From positions 1 through 64,000 of IMG/VR virus record IMGVR_UViG_3300031993_000006: a stretch of 64,000 nt of DNA; one strand, written 5' to 3'. Under the pieces are notes generated by a model, which was not told the origin of the DNA, did not search any database, and saw only the letters and a program-made list of their open reading frames with translations. This document shows, one piece after another, positions 47,868 through 56,614 of this stretch. The DNA comes from a virus (taxonomy: Duplodnaviria > Caudoviricetes). A program made the translations under genes and the position numbers. The first letter of the stretch is position 1. The number at the start of each line of letters is the position of its first letter.

Positions 47868-49691
47868 TTAGAATGGCAATGTGTCGTCACCGTCGGTTTC
47901 ATAGGTCGGAACTTGCTGCTGTGCAGTGGCGGCCTGTTGCTGGACCGGAGCGGACGGAGATACACCTTGGCTTGGGACCGTGAAAGCCGGCATTGCCGGT
48001 GCGGTTGCTGGAGCCGGAGCTGGCCTATAAGGTTCAGCGGGCTGAGCTGCCGGGGCGGCTGCCGTGGCTGCCGGGGCGCCCATCTGGACACCCTGCAGGG
48101 CAAACTGGGCTGCGGTCGGAGCCTTAAACTGCGTAGCCGCCGGAGCTGCTACCTGTACACCCGGCTGTGCAAACTGAGATGCCGCCTGAGCAGGTGCTAC
48201 AGAAGCCGGAGCGACAAATGTCGGTGCGGCTGGTGCAGCTGCCGGCTGACCAAACTGAGGTGCGGCGGCGACAGCCGGCTGAATATTGTCCGGCTGAGTC
48301 GGGTTCACCGGAGCCCGCATCACTGCAGGAGTCGGGGAATACGCGGTTGTTGCCGGGGTATTCGGGACCTGCCCAAAGGAAAGACCTGTCTGAACCTTAG
48401 TCGTAGGCGGGACCTTCGGGATATTGCCCTGCAGCACATAACCCTGAGCGCCTGTCTGGAACGGCTGAGCGGCGTATGTCGGGTTGTACGGGGAAGCTGC
48501 GCCCGGCATCTGCTGTGCGCCCAAGCCGAAGTTGCCTGCGGCAGCGCTCTGCTGCTTACTTGCAATGTCTGCGTTGACTTCCTGCCAGAACTTAGCCAAT
48601 GTTGCACGAGCCTGTTCCGGAGTCGGTGTATCTTCGTAAACGATAGTCAAGTCATGGCAACGCTGCAAAATGTCGTACATTTGATTTTCGTCAAATACGA
48701 CTTCCTGCATACCGGTCTGCGGATTGACAACAGTCTTTGTAGCAAGCATAGAGGAATAACCGGCAAAGCCACTACCCTGATAGGTCGGTGCACCCTTCTT
48801 GCCGGTACCCATACTCTTCTTTTCGTCCCAGACGCCAGCAATCTGATAGTTTCTTCCCTGAACAGGGTCATACGGAATGAAACAGTTACCCTTATCGAAG
48901 TACTGCTTTCCTTCCTTGATAGCTTCGGCCCTCTTGTTATATTCGGTAACCGGTTCCTGAAGCGTATTGTGCTGGAACTTATTCATTTCCCAGAGCTTCA
49001 CCTGGCCAGCAAGTTCATTATGGTTTTCATCGGAAATAATTAATGCATTTCCATACCATACATCTTCAGGCAACATCTGAAGATATTTCTTCAATGTATT
49101 ATCATCGGCGCCGGCTTCCTTAGCAGCATTGCGGCGATTCCATACATCCTGGCAGTACGGGCAGCTGAACTTGTCTACACCCGGAATTATCTTGCCATCC
49201 GGAGTCTTGGTCGGATTCTGGCAGCACTTTGCTATAAGAAGCTTACCGGTGACCAAATCACGAATATAGTGGAACTTTACGCATACATACGGATAGCTTG
49301 CGAAATTAGTGCCATTCGGAAGCGGTCGGACCGTAGCCGTATAAGTCTTGTTCTTTTTAGTAACGCGCGGACGATAGATTCGCGGGTCTGGCGGTGGTTC
49401 ACCGTTACCGGTATTTTCAGTCGGTTCCGGTTCAGCGGCCGGAGCTGTAATATAAAGCATACCGCCATTGGGTACCGCCGGATTACCCGGGGCAGCACCC
49501 GGAGCCATACCCTGGGACATGCCTTGCGGCATACCCTGAGCCATACCCTGAGCCATACCCGGGGTCATACCCGGCGCCATCATCTGGGCCGGTGCGGATG
49601 GGTCCTGACCCTGTGCATATTGGAATTGTGTCGGCCGAGCAGCCGCCGGATTGGGCATCACGTCCTGCATTTGTTGCATTGATTGTGTCAT
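47868..49691 (-). CDS. ssDNA-binding protein (gp32-like) with long disordered N- and C-termini
   Basis: ATVRPLP...H...C...CPYC...N.GQVKLW...YDPVQGRNY...PTYQGS.F; ends DGDDTLPF. Confidence 0.85.
   Translation of the reverse strand: MTQSMQQMQDVMPNPAAARPTQFQYAQGQDPSAPAQMMAPGMTPGMAQGMAQGMPQGMSQGMAPGAAPGNPAVPNGGMLYITAPAAEPEPTENTGNGEPPPDPRIYRPRVTKKNKTYTATVRPLPNGTNFASYPYVCVKFHYIRDLVTGKLLIAKCCQNPTKTPDGKIIPGVDKFSCPYCQDVWNRRNAAKEAGADDNTLKKYLQMLPEDVWYGNALIISDENHNELAGQVKLWEMNKFQHNTLQEPVTEYNKRAEAIKEGKQYFDKGNCFIPYDPVQGRNYQIAGVWDEKKSMGTGKKGAPTYQGSGFAGYSSMLATKTVVNPQTGMQEVVFDENQMYDILQRCHDLTIVYEDTPTPEQARATLAKFWQEVNADIASKQQSAAAGNFGLGAQQMPGAASPYNPTYAAQPFQTGAQGYVLQGNIPKVPPTTKVQTGLSFGQVPNTPATTAYSPTPAVMRAPVNPTQPDNIQPAVAAAPQFGQPAAAPAAPTFVAPASVAPAQAASQFAQPGVQVAAPAATQFKAPTAAQFALQGVQMGAPAATAAAPAAQPAEPYRPAPAPATAPAMPAFTVPSQGVSPSAPVQQQAATAQQQVPTYETDGDDTLPF
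49498..49585 (-). repeat. 12-bp tandem repeat encoding GM(A/T/P/S)(Q/P)
   Basis: MAPGMTPGMAQGMAQGMPQGMSQGMAPG. Confidence 0.9.
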
Positions 49692-49734
49692 AAATAGGTT
49701 CCTTCAACTTTTCCTAAGCAGCTCACAAAATTAA

Positions 49735-49773
49735 GGGCATCTCATGGCGTTGTTTCGATGCCATGAAATGCCC
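49735..49773 (-). promoter_or_regulatory. Stem-loop in the gp32 5' leader
   Basis: GGGCAUUUCAUGGC / GCCAUGAGAUGCCC, between the promoter box (49793-49803) and the ATG. Confidence 0.7.
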
Positions 49774-49827
49774 GATGAACCGCTACATATCAAAATATAG
49801 CAAATGTTTTGACACTTAGTGTCAAAA

Positions 49828-50517
49828 TTAAGATTTTTTATCCCCGGTTTCTATATTTTTTACGGCCGAGAGATTCGGAATCGCCAACTTAGGACCGGTA
49901 TCATGCCCGAGAAGTCGCATATGCTCATACTTTTCGAGAGAAGCTTCGACCAACTGGTCAACATCTTCAGGAACCTCATAATCGGGGTCATTCTTAAACG
50001 CCTCGTCAAGTTCCTTGACAGCTTCGTTGAGCAAGTCCTCGAACTTCCAGTCGATGCACTTGGCAACCGTATTGTCGATTGTACAAGCCTGGACAAACCG
50101 GCGGGACATCTCGTCATGGCTGAGAGCCTCTTCGGTGATATTCGGGTTGTACTCGTCGTCGATATGCTTGACGCCTTCGTGCTTTTCGTCATTGACGGTA
50201 AGAATCTTCCCGGCTTCCTTGTCATCCATATAGGACCCGGCATTGACTTCTTCGCTGTCACGCTCGAATTCCGGCGCGCGCATCATATAGTCCTTCCCGA
50301 GGAACTGGTTATGCCTTGATTCGCGCAAATCGGCAAGCCACTTCTTGCAGGTTTCGGTCTGCACAAGCTGGCCGTGGGACGACTTACTGAAGTCAGAGTT
50401 GACAATCAGCGCCGAAGTAGTCTCAATCTCCTTTTCACGGCTAGCAAACTTCTTTTCAAACGCCTCGTTTTCTTCCCTCAGCGTTTCAGCGTATTTCGGA
50501 AACTTAAAGTCCGACAT
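49828..50517 (-). CDS. Acidic hypothetical protein
   Basis: 229-aa ORF overlapping the upstream stop. Confidence 0.75.
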   Translation of the reverse strand: MSDFKFPKYAETLREENEAFEKKFASREKEIETTSALIVNSDFSKSSHGQLVQTETCKKWLADLRESRHNQFLGKDYMMRAPEFERDSEEVNAGSYMDDKEAGKILTVNDEKHEGVKHIDDEYNPNITEEALSHDEMSRRFVQACTIDNTVAKCIDWKFEDLLNEAVKELDEAFKNDPDYEVPEDVDQLVEASLEKYEHMRLLGHDTGPKLAIPNLSAVKNIETGDKKS

Positions 50518-51367
50518 TTTCTAAACCCCCATTCTTCATATCCTTTGCTGCCTCAAGAACAGTCTCAATCTTCTCGATATCGATGTCCATAGAGTCAATC
50601 TGTTCCTCGACAGATGTGCCGGCCGCCTCGTCCGGAATATCCTCGATAATTCGCTGGACGAACCCACCACCGAGACACATCGGGCATACTTCCCCTGCAT
50701 CGGTAGTACCGACGCCGTGGCAAATCGGGCATTCGATAATACTGTCGGCAACTTTCTGCTTGACCGTACCGGTACCCGCACATAGAGGACAGACTTCATT
50801 ACCGTGAACCTTTCCCATTCCGCAGCAAACCGGACATTCGACTTCGCCGGCCTTGCGACGCTTCTTCTTTTCCTCGTCCACCGGATGCTTGGCGACATAT
50901 TCAAGTTCATCGTCGCTTATCTTGATATTCAGTTCCTCGGCAATCTTCTGCTTTATCTCGATATCGAGAACCTGTGCAAACTTCTGAGGGTCAACCTCGT
51001 TCACCAAAGTCATCACGATATCGTGCATCCCAAATCCCGGAACCTTATATACATTCCCGTTTCGGTCAGTACGCTCGACAGTCCTCGCATATTTCTTGTA
51101 TGCATTCCACAAAGCCAGGTTAATCTTGTCCCTAGCCTTCTTGAGTACCGTATCCGGCATCTTGAAGGTAATGCAAATATCACCAGTAAACCGAGGTTTC
51201 ATCAAAAAGCGCTTAATTTCGCTGGCAATGTCCTCGTTGCCAAACTTCTTCTGCGCATCGGAGTCCGAGGCCTCCATGTCGTCACCACGGTTGATACCGT
51301 CAGTCTCCTGCGGTTCACCGGAAGCGGCGTCTTCATTTTCTTCATAGTCGCTATTGTAGCTCATCAT
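50504..51367 (-). CDS. gp33-like late transcription co-activator fused to four CxxCxGxG zinc-finger motifs
   Basis: DIVMTLVNEVDPQKFAQVLDIEIKQKIAEEL resembles the gp33 core; near gp32 as in T4. Confidence 0.5.
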   Translation of the reverse strand: MMSYNSDYEENEDAASGEPQETDGINRGDDMEASDSDAQKKFGNEDIASEIKRFLMKPRFTGDICITFKMPDTVLKKARDKINLALWNAYKKYARTVERTDRNGNVYKVPGFGMHDIVMTLVNEVDPQKFAQVLDIEIKQKIAEELNIKISDDELEYVAKHPVDEEKKKRRKAGEVECPVCCGMGKVHGNEVCPLCAGTGTVKQKVADSIIECPICHGVGTTDAGEVCPMCLGGGFVQRIIEDIPDEAAGTSVEEQIDSMDIDIEKIETVLEAAKDMKNGGLENVGL

Positions 51368-51397
51368 TCCACCCGATATTTCTATACGGTATGGAAA

Positions 51398-52168
51398 CTA
51401 TGGCTTTTTGGCTGCACTGCGCGGCTTGCGGACCGGCTTACGGCGCTCGGCAAGCTTTTCCAAGTCAACCGGCCAGTCACCCATCCTGACCATAGAGTAG
51501 TCCACCAGAGCCCGCCGGTCGAACTGCTTCTTTGGCGTATGGTAGGTAAGCATCGTCAGTATGTCCGGCGGGAGACTTTCCGGACCGAGTATGTCGTGCT
51601 TGATATGATTCCTGAGAATCTCGCACATCCAAAATGCATCGCAAAGGTCAGAATGAGGACTTTCGTACTGCTTCGGGAATTTATCGAATTCCGGATAGTA
51701 GAATTGCGGGTACAGTGCCCTCATCGCCTCACACATGGCCGGCTTCCCGGCATCGCCGTCACCGGTAGCAAAATGTTTAATCTGAGTAATTCCATAAGTA
51801 ATAATTCCCTTGCCCTGCAAATAGAAATGACGGCGATAAACACCGCAGAACTCCCCTATCTGGAAAATCGAATTACTGTTTCCCTCGTTAGCCTTTTCGT
51901 AGGCATAATCTTCAAAGGACACATACTGCACATCCTCCATGTCCCGCTCAAGAATCTTTATCGCCCGCTCCTGTCGAACAAGCATAGGAACCTTGACGTA
52001 ATCCGTACCGCTGCACATAATATGGACATGCTCGGTTTCGAGAATAGCGTTGATATGTGGCTGGAACCCGTAAAACTGGATGTCCTTGATATCAAAAGTC
52101 TCGTCGTCGAGGTCCATTATGACTTTTCCTGACGAGTTCATCGAAGGGTCAATACCGGCAATCTTCAT
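51398..52168 (-). CDS. RuvC-like Holliday junction resolvase
   Basis: IAGIDPS, FEDY, IKHFATG.G.A.K, DLCDA. Confidence 0.85.
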   Translation of the reverse strand: MKIAGIDPSMNSSGKVIMDLDDETFDIKDIQFYGFQPHINAILETEHVHIMCSGTDYVKVPMLVRQERAIKILERDMEDVQYVSFEDYAYEKANEGNSNSIFQIGEFCGVYRRHFYLQGKGIITYGITQIKHFATGDGDAGKPAMCEAMRALYPQFYYPEFDKFPKQYESPHSDLCDAFWMCEILRNHIKHDILGPESLPPDILTMLTYHTPKKQFDRRALVDYSMVRMGDWPVDLEKLAERRKPVRKPRSAAKKP

Positions 52169-52237
52169 TTGTACTCCTATGATAAAGAGGGTGGGAACCC
52201 CCACCCTCCTATCCTACCTACCATGCAACAAACTAAT

Positions 52238-53974
52238 CTATTTCGCCTCGGCTTCCTCTCCGGGTGCCACCAGCATATCAAACATTTCATCGCTAGGGCT
52301 AACCGATACCTTGGGCATTTCGAAACCAGCCGGTATGTTCTGCATTTCAGGAGCCTTGCTATTGGCCCGCTTCGGCCCGTTACCCTTTCCTGAACGCTGC
52401 GGAGCATTTATCTGCGGTTCGGCGTTAGCGACTGCAGTCTTGTAGGCATTAGACTGCTCGTCAGTCGGACTGTACCAAGTCATCGTCTTGAAGTCGCTGC
52501 AGGTAACAAACGAAACATTTGCCGGTCCGAGACGGGACTTCAGGATGCAGTTAAGGTACATACTGAGGCTTCTTGCGGTATCGTCGGTCGTAATGGACAT
52601 CAGGAAGTCCGCCGTTTCAGCATAACCGGAAGAACCTTCAATGGATTCGATACCGGCATCGGTATTGTGGTAACCGGTGCGGTTAAACTGCACAGCTGAA
52701 AGACAGGCGAAGTTACGGGCGATAGCAATATCCCTGAGCTGCTCGGCCTTCATAACGCCGTCGCTATACATACTGCTTTCGGTCATACGGCCACGGTATG
52801 ACGGCTTCATGATACCGATGTAGTCAATCACCAAAAGGTCAAGCTTGCCGTGCGCGATTTCGAACGAATCGATGATAGCCTCGATTTCCACCGGGGTTGT
52901 CGTCGTCTTCATATACTTGACCTGCAACTGGCCGTGACGGTTGCCGACATTAGCCATATCAGCGCAGCTCTTGTCAATCTTGGCACGGATTTCTTCACCG
53001 GTCATCGTGATGACCTTGTAGAACTCAGTCCCGGTAATATTGGCCGCGATTCGCTGCCATACATAATCTTCAGCAAGTTCAAGAGTAATATAAAGGACAT
53101 TGAAACCGCTCTTATATGCATAAGCGGCTTCACTACAAAGCGCCAACGACTTACCGATATTCGGCTGGCCGACAAGTAAAGATAAAGTCTTTCGATAGTA
53201 ACCGCCACCGCATATCGTGCCGTCCGGATTCGGGCGTCCGGTATAATATCGAACTTCGTTAAGACCTGAAGGTATGCACTGTTTCTGCTCACGGAGCTTC
53301 GCGAGTGCCACTTCAATATCACTATAAAAGTTCAACCCAAGGTCAGTATGGAGGCTAAAATTGACCGCGGCATGCAGTCTGGGTACAAGGTCGTGAATCC
53401 CATCAACATGCTTGTCGTGGATTGATTCTGCGACACTAATCAAAACTTCTTCAGCAAGCCGTTCACGGAAGAAATTTTCCATCATCAGGACGATGAAGTC
53501 CTGGTGCATCCCCGGGAGCTGCGTATTATAGATAAAAATCAGCTTATCGCGAGCCTGAAGAGCATACTCGTTCTGCCCCATGCCTGTTATAAGTTCCTGC
53601 GCAGTCGGAAGCCGGGAATGCTGGTTCTCATAACGGTTAATGATGTCGACAATATTACGGTTATTCCCGTCTTTAAACAAGGAAGGGCGCAATGCATCCC
53701 TTATCTTCGGCGCCAACGCCGAATCCTGAAAAAAGACGCGCAGTACCAAATCTTCCTGCGTAAGCGCCACCACCTGCTGTGTAGGCTGCAGATACCCCGG
53801 CTGTACGGGCATATTGCCCTGCACCGGCATACCGACACCACCATAGACAGGCATTCCCGCATGAGCTTGCTGCATCTCAGGGGCTGCACCCGCCGTTACG
53901 ACGGGCATCACCGGCTGGACCATCTGCTGCATAGTGGGTACCGCTACCGCAGGATTTTGCATAGTATATTCCAT
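52238..53974 (-). CDS. Replicative helicase (gp41/DnaB-like) with Gln/Pro/Met-rich N-terminus
   Basis: GQPNIGKS, YITLEL, VIDY, SAVQFNR, KSRLG. Confidence 0.93.
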   Translation of the reverse strand: MEYTMQNPAVAVPTMQQMVQPVMPVVTAGAAPEMQQAHAGMPVYGGVGMPVQGNMPVQPGYLQPTQQVVALTQEDLVLRVFFQDSALAPKIRDALRPSLFKDGNNRNIVDIINRYENQHSRLPTAQELITGMGQNEYALQARDKLIFIYNTQLPGMHQDFIVLMMENFFRERLAEEVLISVAESIHDKHVDGIHDLVPRLHAAVNFSLHTDLGLNFYSDIEVALAKLREQKQCIPSGLNEVRYYTGRPNPDGTICGGGYYRKTLSLLVGQPNIGKSLALCSEAAYAYKSGFNVLYITLELAEDYVWQRIAANITGTEFYKVITMTGEEIRAKIDKSCADMANVGNRHGQLQVKYMKTTTTPVEIEAIIDSFEIAHGKLDLLVIDYIGIMKPSYRGRMTESSMYSDGVMKAEQLRDIAIARNFACLSAVQFNRTGYHNTDAGIESIEGSSGYAETADFLMSITTDDTARSLSMYLNCILKSRLGPANVSFVTCSDFKTMTWYSPTDEQSNAYKTAVANAEPQINAPQRSGKGNGPKRANSKAPEMQNIPAGFEMPKVSVSPSDEMFDMLVAPGEEAEAK

Positions 53975-54070
53975 AGGTTCGCAAATCCTGTTATTTCATT
54001 TTAAATATAGCAAGAAAAAAGCGGCCCAGACCGGACCGCCTCGACTTTTTCGGGTCGAATTGACACTTCA

Positions 54071-55438
54071 CTAGGTTTCCGGAGTGACAGGAGCCATTCC
54101 GTCACCGTCAATAAGTCCAAGAGCCTGAGCCTGAGACAACGCCTTCTGCTGCATCTTTGCGATTTCGCTGTCATTAGCGGCATCGAGTACAGATTCATCA
54201 AGGTCGGCGAGTTCCCGTTCAGTAGCTTCCTCTGCAGCTTCGTCACCGAATATGCCGAGCTTCTGGTTCTTGTACTTGTTCTGGATATACTCGTTAATCG
54301 GGTCGAGAATCGTACCGATATAACGGGCACTATGAAGCTGCGGTTCCGGTGCGACAAGCCAAGTGCTCTTGTCACGGCGCGGGTCGCAAATGACCCACTT
54401 CTTGCCCCTGAAAGTCTCCCCATTGACCTTCGGGAGTTCAAGACCCGGCCACTCTTCCTTCTTGGTGTAAGGAACGATGAGGCCAGCCTCTTCAGCCCAG
54501 ACATGCAAGCCATAGTAGCGGCTGAGGCCGTTCTGATAGCTGAGGTAGAGACGGGTACCGAACCCTTCGTGAACCATTCGGTTCTTGATGTTGCTGACCT
54601 GAATGAAAATACCGCGTACTTCCTTCTCTTTCTTCTCCCCTTCCTTCTTCGGAGCGTTGGGGTCCTTGTCGACACGTTCGGCAATCTTGTATACGGACAA
54701 GATAACAGAAGCAGAATACTTCGCACCTTCACCGCCGGCGACCTTCTTGGTCTCTGTATGGGTCTGAGCGGCATTAGGGTCGAGATAGAGGTGGTTGGTG
54801 ACATACATCGGGGCACCCATTTCGCCAAGGCGGAATGTAATGTCGCGGTACATAGCGGAAAGCTTCTTGGCCTTGGTAAGGTCAACCTTGTCCTGACCGG
54901 AAAGCACATCGTTCACATTCTTGTCGGTGGACAACATACCCTGTGAGTCAAGAACGAACGCCAGCTTGTTCGGGTTCACAAAGAGCTTATTCTTCTCAAC
55001 GTAGTCCTCGAGCTGCTTCAAAATCACGGAGATACCGTGGTGGCACTGCTCGACCGTATGGAAGTGGAGAACCTTGAACTGTCTCGGCGGGAACGCCGCG
55101 TAGTTAATGAGGTCTTCACGGGTGGTTTCGTTTTCGGTGTCGATGTAGTAGATGAAGTATCCATCCGCAAACAATGGCGGGCAGAAATTGTACTTGCCGA
55201 GCAACGACTTACCGGAACCCTGCAAGCCAGCCGCCTGCACAATCTTGTTCTTCGGGAAGCCACCTCGGACATCGCCGCAAACCACCGCATTAAGGGCATA
55301 GCAGCCGCTGTCTGCGAAACCATATGTCGGACGCTCCACATGGGCATCGACATACCTATCCGTCGTCGTGACGGTATCAAAGAACGCCCACGGATTTTCA
55401 ATCGCGGGGTCCGCGCCTTTTGTTGCTTTTTTAGCCAT
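54071..55438 (-). CDS. uvsX: UvsX/RecA-like recombinase
   Basis: DSGCYALN, GLQGSGKS, YIDTE, VLDS.G, TNH, GGEG.KYSAS, KNR. Confidence 0.92.
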   Translation of the reverse strand: MAKKATKGADPAIENPWAFFDTVTTTDRYVDAHVERPTYGFADSGCYALNAVVCGDVRGGFPKNKIVQAAGLQGSGKSLLGKYNFCPPLFADGYFIYYIDTENETTREDLINYAAFPPRQFKVLHFHTVEQCHHGISVILKQLEDYVEKNKLFVNPNKLAFVLDSQGMLSTDKNVNDVLSGQDKVDLTKAKKLSAMYRDITFRLGEMGAPMYVTNHLYLDPNAAQTHTETKKVAGGEGAKYSASVILSVYKIAERVDKDPNAPKKEGEKKEKEVRGIFIQVSNIKNRMVHEGFGTRLYLSYQNGLSRYYGLHVWAEEAGLIVPYTKKEEWPGLELPKVNGETFRGKKWVICDPRRDKSTWLVAPEPQLHSARYIGTILDPINEYIQNKYKNQKLGIFGDEAAEEATERELADLDESVLDAANDSEIAKMQQKALSQAQALGLIDGDGMAPVTPET

Positions 55439-55693
55439 AATTATCCTCGTTAAATAAAAAACACTTGCCGCATATCCCGCGACAAGTACAGGTTAAAACA
55501 GAAATATTCTCGATAAAAGCCAAAAGGGCCGCACCAGAGATGGCGCGAACCCGAGCGGCGCGCCCGGCTAGCGAGCGTACGCAGTCAACAGCCGGCCGGC
55601 ATATAGCACGGGCCAGTTTTGCACAAGTGGCTTCCATAGGTTCTACAGTCAATATAGGATTATTTTTTCGGGAATGCAACAGTACCATACGAA

Positions 55694-56614
55694 TTATGCC
55701 TGGATTTGGGTAGTTGACAGAAGGTCAAACATATTGAGCATATTGCGCCAAGTACCGTGCAGGCACATTACGGGCATCAAGAAAATCGGGTGCTTGTCTA
55801 CCACGACCCGCTTCCACTCGAACCTCACTTCCTGCCTAAGCTCGAACGGGCGATTGGCCACAAGGACATAAGGCTTAAAGGAATCATCCTTGGACCTATC
55901 AATCACAGTAACATCCTTCAGCTCGATTATCGCCTGATTCGTCCTCGGGTCTATCCCGGTAACCACCACATACGGCTCCTTGCCGAACTGTATATCGACA
56001 AGCGCATCGCCAGACTGACGGCTAAACATATGACGGCGGTCGTCCTTCAATACCTGGAGATAACGGTGAAGGTCAAAATATCCCACCGGCTGAAACTTGG
56101 ATGGGCGTCCCTTCATATGCCAGATGAACCAGAGGTACCGGGCGATAACCGGATGAAATATCGCACCCCCGTCGTGGTCAAGGTTCGCCATCAGGGCGAA
56201 TATCCCGGGCAAGTCCTTGAGCAAGTCCCCAGAAGTAGTCATCTTGCGCCCCATCTTGTCAGATACGGTATAGCGGTCGTCCGCCCCGCTGAACTTCCCT
56301 GTAAACACATAGCGGTCAAAGGTATATTTCGGGGAATTGAACGAATTTAGCGCCCTAGCGAAATCGCTCGACTTGGGCCCTTCAATCTTCACCCGGTCAG
56401 GAACCACCATAAAGTTGACGGTCTGACCGACAAGATTCCACGCATCGACGGCTACCCCGCAATCGGTAGTATAGCGCATCTTCTTCACTATAGCATGAAG
56501 AGCTGGCTTCCCTTGGATATCGCATATACCCATACGCTCGCCGAGCACGATGTGCCCCGCATCTATATCAGGCATATAGACTACCCGTGTCTCCCCTCTC
56601 TGCTGAAGAATCAT
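55694..56614 (-). CDS. Hypothetical protein
   Basis: 306-aa ORF coupled (ATGA) to the gp25 fusion gene. Confidence 0.7.
   Translation of the reverse strand: MILQQRGETRVVYMPDIDAGHIVLGERMGICDIQGKPALHAIVKKMRYTTDCGVAVDAWNLVGQTVNFMVVPDRVKIEGPKSSDFARALNSFNSPKYTFDRYVFTGKFSGADDRYTVSDKMGRKMTTSGDLLKDLPGIFALMANLDHDGGAIFHPVIARYLWFIWHMKGRPSKFQPVGYFDLHRYLQVLKDDRRHMFSRQSGDALVDIQFGKEPYVVVTGIDPRTNQAIIELKDVTVIDRSKDDSFKPYVLVANRPFELRQEVRFEWKRVVVDKHPIFLMPVMCLHGTWRNMLNMFDLLSTTQIQA

Noticed and set aside
12560-49043. Long plus-strand ORFs (12560-13915, 20191-22047, 22727-24004, 25769-27346, 37007-38245, 47850-49043)
   Set aside because: They lie antisense to well-supported genes, lack motifs, promoters and RBS, and are expected from biased codon usage.
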